A stretch of 63,926 nucleotides of DNA, the filler included, from Octopus bimaculoides (Eukaryota): NCBI RefSeq assembly GCF_001194135.2. It is 8 parts of 8 records of this genome, joined end to end, with 100 filler letters (N's around TTAATTAATTAA, not from the genome) between each part and the next. Parts side by side here need not be neighbours in the genome. Positions count along the whole stretch, not along the records: positions 37,615 to 45,280 come from NC_069007.1; positions 45,381 to 57,567 come from NC_068984.1; 6 more parts are not named here. One strand, written 5' to 3'. The notes below the pieces were generated by a model that had not been told where the DNA came from, did not search any database, and worked only from the letters and a program-made list of their open reading frames with translations. The translations under genes were made by a program, and so were the position numbers. Position 1 is the stretch's first letter, and every line of letters begins with the position of its first letter. Positions 39,170 to 48,392 of the stretch are shown one piece after another.

Positions 39170-39545
39170 CAGAAGGAAGATGATAACATTCCTAGAAAAA
39201 AATAGCTTTCTCACTAATATGCAGCATCGTTTCCCTTTAATAAGGAGATCCCTTACATACTTATTCGCGTATTAAAAATGAATAATCAAACAACAGCTCA
39301 ACTGTTCAAATATGGACGTGATGTATCTCAACTTTGCCAAGGCCCTGAAAAAAGTCGATCATCGAATGATATCATCACAAATTGTATGACCCTTGTATCA
39401 CGGGGAAACTAGGGACATGGCTGCATTACAGAAAGTCACTACCAAGGGTTTCCTCTCTCAAAAGACATCGATAATAAGTGGGATCAGCCAGGGAACTGTA
39501 TAGGGATCACTGCTGTTCATAGAGGTTCTCCCACCCATGCCCTCA
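39170..39545 (+). mobile_element. CR1-type LINE RT remnant
   Basis: MQHRF (cf. QHGF), DVMYLNFAKALKKVDH (cf. YLDFAKAFDKVDH) and SGISQGTV.GSLLF (cf. SGVPQGSVLGPLLF). Confidence 0.8.
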
Positions 39546-40696
39546 GTCAGACGGTCTCACCAGCTCTNNNNNNNNNNNNNNNNNNNNNNNNNNNNNNNNN
39601 NNNNNNNNNNNNNNNNNNNNNNNNNNNNNNNNNNNNNNNNNNNNNNNNNNNNNNNNNNNNNNNNNNNNNNNNNNNNNNNNNNNNNNNNNNNNNNNNNNNN
39701 NNNNNNNNNNNNNNNNNNNNNNNNNNNNNNNNNNNNNNNNNNNNNNNNNNNNNNNNNNNNNNNNNNNNNNNNNNNNNNNNNNNNNNNNNNNNNNNNNNNN
39801 NNNNNNNNNNNNNNNNNNNNNNNNNNNNNNNNNNNNNNNNNNNNNNNNNNNNNNNNNNNNNNNNNNNNNNNNNNNNNNNNNNNNNNNNNNNNNNNNNNNN
39901 NNNNNNNNNNNNNNNNNNNNNNNNNNNNNNNNNNNNNNNNNNNNNNNNNNNNNNNNNNNNNNNNNNNNNNNNNNNNNNNNNNNNNNNNNNNNNNNNNNNN
40001 NNNNGCCTCTTACATCAAAGCTCAAGTAGCCAGCAGTTTCAAGGGCTGCATCACCTGTATACCAGGACATACAGGTGTGTACACAGCACAAACACACATA
40101 CACACCACCCTGACTCACTTTCACACACACAAGTGCAGATATTCTTGCTCGCTCACACCAACATACATACTTACACTCACACTCACCCACTCACTCACTC
40201 ACTTATAAGACATTACAGTTTGGCTGTAGTCAATAACGTTCTTAAAAGTTCATCAAAAACAACAGACCAGTATTTTTTTTTTAAAGTTCTTTATTAAATT
40301 TCAGATCTCACAAAAAGCAATTTTTAGTAAAATTTTATGGTTACATGGCAATTTAGGGCAACATTCTGTTGCCATTAATGACAAACTTGTAATAGTGAAA
40401 ATAGGTTCCAGATTGGAAGATTGCTGACAGAATATGCGAATACTAACTTTAACCATTTCTTAACATATTTCAGTTAGGATATGAATATAATGAGGAATTT
40501 AGTAAATAATTTTGTAATTATTATAAAATCTTTATCATATTTCTGTGAAAATACATTGTTTTTCTGAGTTAATTTTGAAAACAAGAATTTAGTAAAATAA
40601 CTTTGTCATTATGAAGCTAGCATTTCTGGTTTTCAGAAATAGAGATATTAATGTTTCTAAGTCTCTCTAAAGGAGACTACGACAACAGTACTGGAT

Positions 40697-41002
40697 ATTA
40701 ATAGTTATCGCCAGTGGATGTATTCTACTGAATTTAGGTAAATAATCCTTTGTACAGACGGTCAGTAGTGAAGCCTGCTGGGTTCGGCTGCTCTACATTG
40801 ATAAGGGGCAATACCCTGAAACTAGTCTGTAGATGCCAGACCAGCAAGGGGAAGCGGCTGACTTCCCCTGTTCGAAGGCTATAATGGACACAGGTTCATG
40901 TGTCACATAGCAAGCTAGAGGCAATGGCCTCTTGGAGCTAATCAACGGCAGCATTCGTCCTATTTTTTGGACTGCCATGTTGGCTAAGCGATAACTATTA
41001 AT
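40697..41002. mobile_element. 306-bp structured element with perfect 15-bp terminal inverted repeats
   Basis: ATTAATAGTTATCGC (40697-711) and GCGATAACTATTAAT (40988-41002) are exact reverse complements. The interior holds the hammerhead fold and several hairpins. Confidence 0.5.
40792..40833 (+). ncRNA. Minimal type-I hammerhead ribozyme motif, U3-A8 core variant
   Basis: Stem I TCTACA(40792-97)/TGTAGA(40828-33); core TTGATAA; stem II GGGG/CCCT with loop CAATA; GAAA; stem III within the palindrome ACTAGT; GUC cleavage triplet at 40825-27. Confidence 0.6.
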
Positions 41003-42709
41003 GTATATATATCATCATCATCATCATCATCATCATCGTTTAACGTCCGCNNNNNNNNNNNNNNNNNNNNNNNNNNNNNNNNNNNNNNNNNNNNNNNNNN
41101 NNNNNNNNNNNNNNNNNNNNNNNNNNNNNNNNNNNNNNNNNNNNNNNNNNTCTGTGATTACATGTCAAGTGTTTTACCATTAAACCAAACTGCCCAGCAA
41201 AGAATTCTTCTGCATTTTTTAGAACTTATAAATTTAGCTTCATAAGACGCTAACGTTAAATTCAACTTTACGATGAAAGTAAACAAACAAAGTTTGTTCT
41301 TTTGAGTTTGATTCTCATGGCTGGCCATTAACGTATTTTTCTGCAATATATGGATAATTTATCCTGATCACGCTATTTATAGCATTATCACACGTTTGAG
41401 AAATAAATTTATTTCTGTATCTTACAATACATATCAACGCTTCTAAAACAGAACAAACTTTGTTTGTTTACTTTCATCGTAAAGTTGAATATATATNNNN
41501 NNNNNNNNNNNNNNNNNNNNNNNNNNNNNNNNNNNNNNNNNNNNNNNNNNNNNNNNNNNNNNNNNNNNNNNNNNNNNNNNNNNNNNNNNNNNNNNNNNNN
41601 NNNNNNNNNNNNNNNNNNNNNNNNNNNNNNNNNNNNNNNNNNNNNNNNNNNNNNNNNNNNNNNNNNNNNNNNNNNNNNNNNNNNNNNNNNNNNNNNNNNN
41701 NNNNNNNNNNNNNNNNNNNNNNNNNNNNNNNNNNNNNNNNNNNNNNNNNNNNNNNNNNNNNNNNNNNNNNNNNNNNNNNNNNNNNNNNNNNNNNNNNNNN
41801 NNNNNNNNNNNNNNNNNNNNNNNNNNNNNNNNNNNNNNNNNNNNNNNNNNNNNNNNNNNNNNNNNNNNNNNNNNNNNNNNNNNNNNNNNNNNNNNNNNNN
41901 NNNNNNNNNNNNNNNNNNNNNNNNNNNNNNNNNNNNNNNNNNNNNNNNNNNNNNNNNNNNNNNNNNNNNNNNNNNNNNNNNNNNNNNNNNNNNNNNNNNN
42001 NNNNNNNNNNNNNNNNNNNNNNNNNNNNNNNNNNNNNNNNNNNNNNNNNNNNNNNNNNNNNNNNNNNNNNNNNNNNNNNNNNNNNNNNNNNNNNNNNNNN
42101 NNNNNNNNNNNNNNNNNNNNNNNNNNNNNNNNNNNNNNNNNNNNNNNNNNNNNNNNNNNNNNNNNNNNNNNNNNNNNNNNNNNNNNNNNNNNNNNNNNNN
42201 NNNNNNNNNNNNNNNNNNNNNNNNNNNNNNNNNNNNNNNNNNNNNNNNNNNNNNNNNNNNNNNNNNNNNNNNNNNNNNNNNNNNNNNNNNNNNNNNNNNN
42301 NNNNNNNNNNNNNNNNNNNNNNNNNNNNNNNNNNNNNNNNNNNNNNNNNNNNNNNNNNNNNNNNNNNNNNNNNNNNNNNNNNNNNNNNNNNNNNNNNNNN
42401 NNNNNNNNNNNNNNNNNNNNAAAAACAATATGGTATCTAATTACTGAATACATATATATATATATACTTTCTTTAAAGAAACCTTCCTTGTTTCGCAAAC
42501 AGTAAAATTTATTGGTCAGTTCAACAGAACATGAAACGTATATAAATTACTACCATACCTAGCTTCCCATAACATTTTTACCCTTACCAAGGACCAGGAG
42601 CTGAATTCGAGACAAGCTCACATTCCACAAGCAGCAACACTAACAAACTGAACATTAATATTTCTATACCTTAGCCAGGAATATTTTATCTGACTTAAAA
42701 AACATAAAC

Positions 42710-42823
42710 ATGGTTGCTTCTATTGTTATTGATAATGGATCATATACATGTAAAGCTGGTTTTGGAGGTGAATATGAAGACAGAACTGTGTTTCCTTCAC
42801 TTGTTGGTTATCCCAAACTTAAG
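42710..42823 (+). CDS. Divergent actin-like protein, first coding exon only
   Basis: [38 protein letters not shown] carries the actin phosphate-1 motif (DNGS..CKAGF.G....VFPS.VG.P). The AAG/GTATGT phase-0 donor is at the position equivalent to the common actin intron after GRPRHQ. Upstream acceptors at 42673-74 and 42677-78. Confidence 0.75.
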
Positions 42824-43128
42824 GTATGTTGACTATTTATACATACACATATATTTATAGGAAGCTAATTATATGGCTGGTCACTTATAGTGCTTTATGA
42901 ATGCAAGCCATTGGTCAATTCTGTAGACACATTATGGCTCTTACATTTAGAGTGTCTTCTTTTTTGGATATATAATACATATATTGATGATACATATTGT
43001 TGTGTACTGAACTCCTAATCAACATGTAACAAAAACTGTACTTTTGTTTAAATAATTAAAAACCACCACTCACATGGCATGCATGAGTTTTAGGTGAACT
43101 ATTCCGTTTTTTTTTTAGACAAACACAT

Positions 43129-43167
<39 letters not shown>

Positions 43168-43358
43168 TATACACATATACACATATACACATATACACAT
43201 ATACACATATGTATAAGGAAAATAAAACAAAGTAGATAATGTTAAAATAACTCTATCATGAAATACATTTTAGTTCTGGTTTCAATCTTTTTGACTTTTT
43301 CAACTAAGACTAAAAGAAGAAAAACAATTAAATTGAAGAAAAACTAAATGAAATGTGT

Positions 43359-43391
<33 letters not shown>

Positions 43392-43404
43392 GTCATCGTC
43401 ATCG

Positions 43405-43429
<25 letters not shown>

Positions 43430-43439
<10 letters not shown>

Positions 43440-43655
43440 GTCGTTTAACGTCCGCTTTCCATGCTAGCATGGGTTGGTCGATTTGACTGAGGACTGGTGA
43501 AACCAGGTGGCAACACCAGGCTCCAATCTGATTTGGCAGAGTTTCTACAGCTGGATGCCCTTCCTAATGCCAACCACTCAGAGAGTGTAGTGGGTGCTTT
43601 TACGTGTCACCCGCACGAAGATCAGTCAGGCGGTACTGGCAACGGCCATGCTCTG
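43430..43655 (-). mobile_element. Retroposon family E copy with long (CAT)n tract
   Basis: Near-identical to 46160-46378; preceded by (CAT/CGT)n at 43361-43440. Confidence 0.75.
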
Positions 43656-43787
43656 TATGCAGGGAGAGAAGATTTCATCCCTAATATTTAAAATGTTATC
43701 TGTTCACTGGATTATATTTAGCTTTTCAGTGATATAGAGTTCACATTTAGTACTTGTCCCTTGTATATTCTGGCTTAAATTATGATG

Positions 43788-44026
43788 TTACGTGTTATTT
43801 AAGGGGTCGCTTACGCTTACTCCTCCTTCTTTCAATGTCGATATCATATTGAATAGGGATGATGCATATCTTTTATTTTTATCTCTAAGTGACACCAGGT
43901 GTTGTGTGTAGCTTTTTCTTTTGAATGAGTTGCTTGTCATTCTAATATGTGTGTTCGTCATTCCATTGAGATCCATGATATTGGCCTTGTATATAAGTTC
44001 TTTTTCCAGGCAGCTATTATTTAAAA
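43788..44026 (-). mobile_element. Penelope-like GIY-YIG endonuclease remnant
   Basis: NSCLEKELIYKANI...THIRMTSNSFKRKSYTQHLVSLRDKNKRYASSLFNMISTLKEGG resembles PLE CL...IYkA...YIG.T...FK.R...H..Sf......t.Ls..iw.LK. Confidence 0.6.
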
Positions 44027-44325
44027 TGTTTCGGCTAATATACACTCCAGCCTTCATCAGGTGTCTTGGGGAAATTCCGAACCTAGGTTCTCATTCTGAA
44101 GGTATTTTTCGATTTTGTTGTTGTTATCATTATTATTATCATTACTATTATTATTATTATTATTGTTCAGGTCACTGCTTGGAATTGAACTCGGAATCTT
44201 GGGTTAGTAGCCTGCGCTCTTAACCACTATGCCATATGCCCGTGGGCATAATAATAATAATAATAATAATAATAACATCGAAAAATACTTTAGGAATGAG
44301 AACCCAGGTTTGAAATTTCCCCCAA

Positions 44326-44371
44326 GACACCTGATGAAGGCTGGAGGGCATATCAGCCGAAACGTTGTGTT
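44326..44371 (+). ncRNA. Minimal type-I hammerhead ribozyme motif (PLE-type)
   Basis: Stem I GACAC/GTGTT; core CTGATGA plus one extra A; stem II GGCTG/CAGCC; GAAA; loopless palindromic stem III (A)ACGT(T); GUU triplet, predicted cut after 44366. Confidence 0.55.
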
Positions 44372-44898
44372 AACAACAAACGAGATGAGGACAAATATCC
44401 ATCAAATGTAAATAATGTAAATAATGTACACCTGCTAATGCTATTAACTATTTGCTTAATGATTGCTGGTGGGGGATTGGAACCATACAAATATCACGTA
44501 TACATAAAATATAAAACAATATAATGTAATATAATGCAAACAAATTCACCATCCAACACACTCATTTTTCCCAAAAGTCAAACCCCTTGAGAGACTATCC
44601 CTCAAAAGATGCCATCCAAGAGAAACGTCTCTTCATTTCTTGCTTTCTTTACAAGACTTCTTGTGAATTGCCAAGATCTTTTGTGTTTGCATCCAAAATG
44701 GAGCCAAGCACCACCCCTCCATGTGATCGTCTTGAAAAATTGTTTAAATATTAAGATATTTTTCTCACCATATATAGCTTTAGGGAAAAGAACCAAGGTT
44801 CATGAACTCATCGATGAAAATCCACTGTCACATATATATTTTGGATTTTGTCCCTAATATTATTGTCTCATTTAAAATTGCTTCTGTTGCTTCTTTAG

Positions 44899-45074
44899 CA
44901 TATAGCATGAACAATCGGACTAGTAATTCTGAATATTTTACTGCACAACAGACTAATTATCAAAGTCAGAATTATCAAGTGACTTCGGGTAGTAGTTATG
45001 GTGTTAGAAGCAGTCAAAAGTGGCCTGCTATTGCTCAGTCTAAAGAAGTTATTGTTTTATCCGATTCTGATTGA
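44899..45074 (+). CDS. Candidate terminal exon ending in a DAXX-like SUMO-interacting motif
   Basis: Acceptor ttctgttgcttctttAG; open frame (A)YSMNNRTSNSEYFTAQQTNYQSQNYQVTSGSSYGVRSSQKWPAIAQSKEVIVLSDSD-TGA. The C-terminal EVIVLSDSD* resembles human DAXX EEIIVLSDSD*. Confidence 0.55.
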
Positions 45075-45280
45075 AATGTTTGTGTGTACGAAAATATACA
45101 TAAACAGCAAATCTACATATTAACATGTATAAATATGGGATTTATAAAAATAAAAGTTATTATAAATAAAATCTTAAAATAATCTAAAACCAGTCACACC
45201 TGCTTGTTTAATAAAATTATTACTTGTATGTGTATAATATCCATTTAAAAAGTAATTTACTGTTTTATTTCATTCTCACA

Positions 45281-45380
45281 NNNNNNNNNNNNNNNNNNNN
45301 NNNNNNNNNNNNNNNNNNNNNNNNTTAATTAATTAANNNNNNNNNNNNNNNNNNNNNNNNNNNNNNNNNNNNNNNNNNNN
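45281..45380. other. Artificial scaffold join
   Basis: 44 N + TTAATTAATTAA (45325-36) + 44 N. Confidence 0.95.
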
Positions 45381-46159
45381 ATATATATATATATATATAT
45401 ATACTGAGGTGTATAGATAAAATATGTTTATACTCACACAAGAGGAGAAAGAAAGGTCATAAGTAAGAAAAATACAACAAAACAACAAAAAGTTTCAAGG
45501 GGAAAATTAATTAATAAACAAGAATATTGGTAGGTAGTGGAGGATGAAGATGGAATGGTTGATAGAATAAATATAGGTAAGAAAGGAAGGGTAGGATAGA
45601 AGATGAAATGAGAAGTGATGGGAGATAAGATAGTGGTAAAGATGAGCTGTAGAGTTAATAAGTGTAAGGTGGTGATGGTAATGTTGGTGGTGGTGGTGGG
45701 ACTGTCAAGAAGTTCATTAGGTGAAGGAGAAAAGAAGAGAAAGAAAGCAAACATTAGGCAGAGGCAAATAATCTCTCTCACCTGATGATTGATCTAATAC
45801 TTCAATAATTTCGAGTTCATACAGTATATACACACCCACACACACACACGCATGTACAAATAAGCATATAATAATAGATGCAGGTATGACAGTGTGATTA
45901 AGAAATTAGCTTTGGAACCATGTGGTTCAAGCCTTCCATTGCCATATTTCTTGATCAAATATACATTGATTTGTTTCAATTAATTTTGAAAATAATAATT
46001 TAGTAAAACAGCTGCCATTATTAAGCTGGTGTATGGATCATAAATTAATGTGAAATTTTGATGGAAAGTTTCTAGATCCCTTTAACCCTTTTATTATCAT
46101 ATCTGTTGAAATACACTGCTTCTGTTTCAATTAATTTTGAAAATAACAAATAAATTAAA

Positions 46160-46378
46160 ATCATCATCATCATCGTCGTTTAATGTCCGCTTTCCATGCT
46201 AGCATGGGTTGGACGATTTGACTGAGGACTGGTGAAACCGGATGGCTACACCAGGCTCCAATCTGATTTGGCAGAGTTTCTACAGCTGGATGCCCTTCCT
46301 AACACCAACCACTCCGAGAGTGTAGTGGGTGCTTTTACGTGCCACCGGCACAAAGGCCAGTCAGGCAGTACTGGCCAT
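46160..46378 (-). mobile_element. Retroposon family E copy inserted in an AT-rich MITE-like repeat
   Basis: Near-identical to 43430-43655. The flanks ccattattaagctgg...gatcataaattaa recur at about 46016 and 46375. Confidence 0.7.
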
Positions 46379-48145
46379 TATTAAGCTGGTTGTGGATCAT
46401 AAATTAACATAAAATTTTGATGGAAGATTTTTAATTTAGATCACTTTAAAACAGGAAGTTTGTGTTATAGNNNNNNNNNNNNNNNNNNNNNNNNNNNNNN
46501 NNNNNNNNNNNNNNNNNNNNNNNNNNNNNNNNNNNNNNNNNNNNNNNNNNNNNNNNNNNNNNNNNNNNNNNNNNNNNNNNNNNNNNNNNNNNNNNNNNNN
46601 NNNNNNNNNNNNNNNNNNNNNNNNNNNNNNNNNNNNNNNNNNNNNNNNNNNNNNNNNNNNNNNNNNNNNNNNNNNNNNNNNNNNNNNNNNNNNNNNNNNN
46701 NNNNNNNNNNNNNNNNNNNNNNNNNNNNNNNNNNNNNNNNNNNNNNNNNNNNNNNNNNNNNNNNNNNNNNNNNNNNNNNNNNNNNNNNNNNNNNNNNNNN
46801 NNNNNNNNNNNNNNNNNNNNNNNNNNNNNNNNNNNNNNNNNNNNNNNNNNNNNNNNNNNNNNNNNNNNNNNNNNNNNNNNNNNNNNNNNNNNNNNNNNNN
46901 NNNNNNNNNNNNNNNNNNNNNNNNNNNNNNNNNNNNNNNNNNNNNNNNNNNNNNNNNNNNNNNNNNNNNNNNNNNNNNNNNNNNNNNNNNNNNNNNNNNN
47001 NNNNNNNNNNNNNNNCAATATCGCTTAACAACCAATGCTGGTGTGTTTACGTCCCCATAACTTAGCAGTTCAGCAAAAGAGACTGATAGAATAAGTACTA
47101 GGCTTACAAAGAATAAGTCCTGGGGTCGATTTGCTCGACTAAAGGCGGTGCTCCTGCATGGCCACAGTCAAATGACTGAAACAAGTAAAAGAGGTGACCA
47201 TCAGAGAAATAGTGTCCTTTGTTTACAGTCCCCTGTGAATGTATGGCCATTGAGTTGCTCATTGTTTGAAGGGTGGAAGGAAAATATGTTGCTTAAAAAC
47301 AGTTGAGGGTCAGTGAAAATCTACCACAAAAAGTTTCATCTGACCCATGCAAGCACAGAAAAGTGGACATCAAAACAATGAAGAAGATGATGACAAAGCA
47401 TTGTGCTTCCACATAGTTTCCATCAACTAAATTTCACTCCCAAGTATAAATCAACTGAAGGCCATAATAGAAGACTTCTGACTAAAGTGCCATGCAGTGG
47501 GATCAAACTGAGAACCACATGGTATGGAAGTGCACTTCTTAATCACCAAGCCAAGCCTGCTGCAAGGTATTTAATCCATAATGTCTACCATTCTGACTTT
47601 CCCAAAACTAATATAGCCTTCAGTCTAGATCCTTTAGCTGTCAGGAAACTGATGTATACATTATTACTGTTGGAAAGTCCCAAATCAGCTCTAATCAAGC
47701 AAACATAATGGGTAGAGGAATCAGCTGAAGGCCTGGGTTCAATCCAGATCTCTTCTAGATATACAATGCTTCTGTCCAGCTGAGGACCTGACAGGGATGA
47801 ATCATGTGGAGTGCAGGTTCAACACTCACAACATAATGTTAAGTTTCCACTGTCCAGTCTACTTCTATAGTCCTGTAGATTCTGGTGAAGGCAAACAAGG
47901 TGAGAATAGTAAAAAAATCAAAAGGTGTCTACTTTCCAGCAAAGTGAAGTAGTATCAACTTAAGTACAGAGAAATTAATATGATCCAAATGATGCACAGA
48001 AAATGATTGACAGGGGAGTTCGTAATTAGAATACAGTAACATATATATATATATGTGTGTGTGTGTTAAGAAAATTATGAGTTAGAGGTTGTGTAATCTT
48101 CTAAGGGATAAATGTATATTCCTAGCTATAAGGTATACAGTAGTT

Positions 48146-48392
48146 GGTAATTTAAAGGTAAAACTGTGATTTAATATATATAGAAAAGAAAAGAAATCAT
48201 TCTGACGATGTTTGTTAAATGGAATGAGATAAATGCAAATTTACTTCGATTTGATAACAAGAAACAGCTGTAAATGGTTCTAAACTACAATTAAACTATG
48301 ACCTTTTAATAACAATGATCAACTTATATCATTGTTAATTATTTCTTTTCTTTTCTATATATATTAAATCACAATTTTACCTTTAAATTACC
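48146..48392. mobile_element. Foldback element with 52-bp inverted arms
   Basis: 48146-48197 and 48341-48392 are reverse complements with one mismatch; followed by telomere-like (CCCTAA) units to 48410. Confidence 0.65.

Noticed and set aside
44170-44241. tRNA gene (also the heads at 617-690, 5245-5315, 23180-23252 and 37346-37410)
   Set aside because: A and B boxes are present but acceptor and anticodon stems do not pair properly, and each runs into repeat bodies. These are SINE heads, not functional tRNAs.
47550-47900. Further exon of the actin-like gene
   Set aside because: No actin motifs in any frame. The minus strand weakly resembles a decayed LINE endonuclease, too weakly to annotate.
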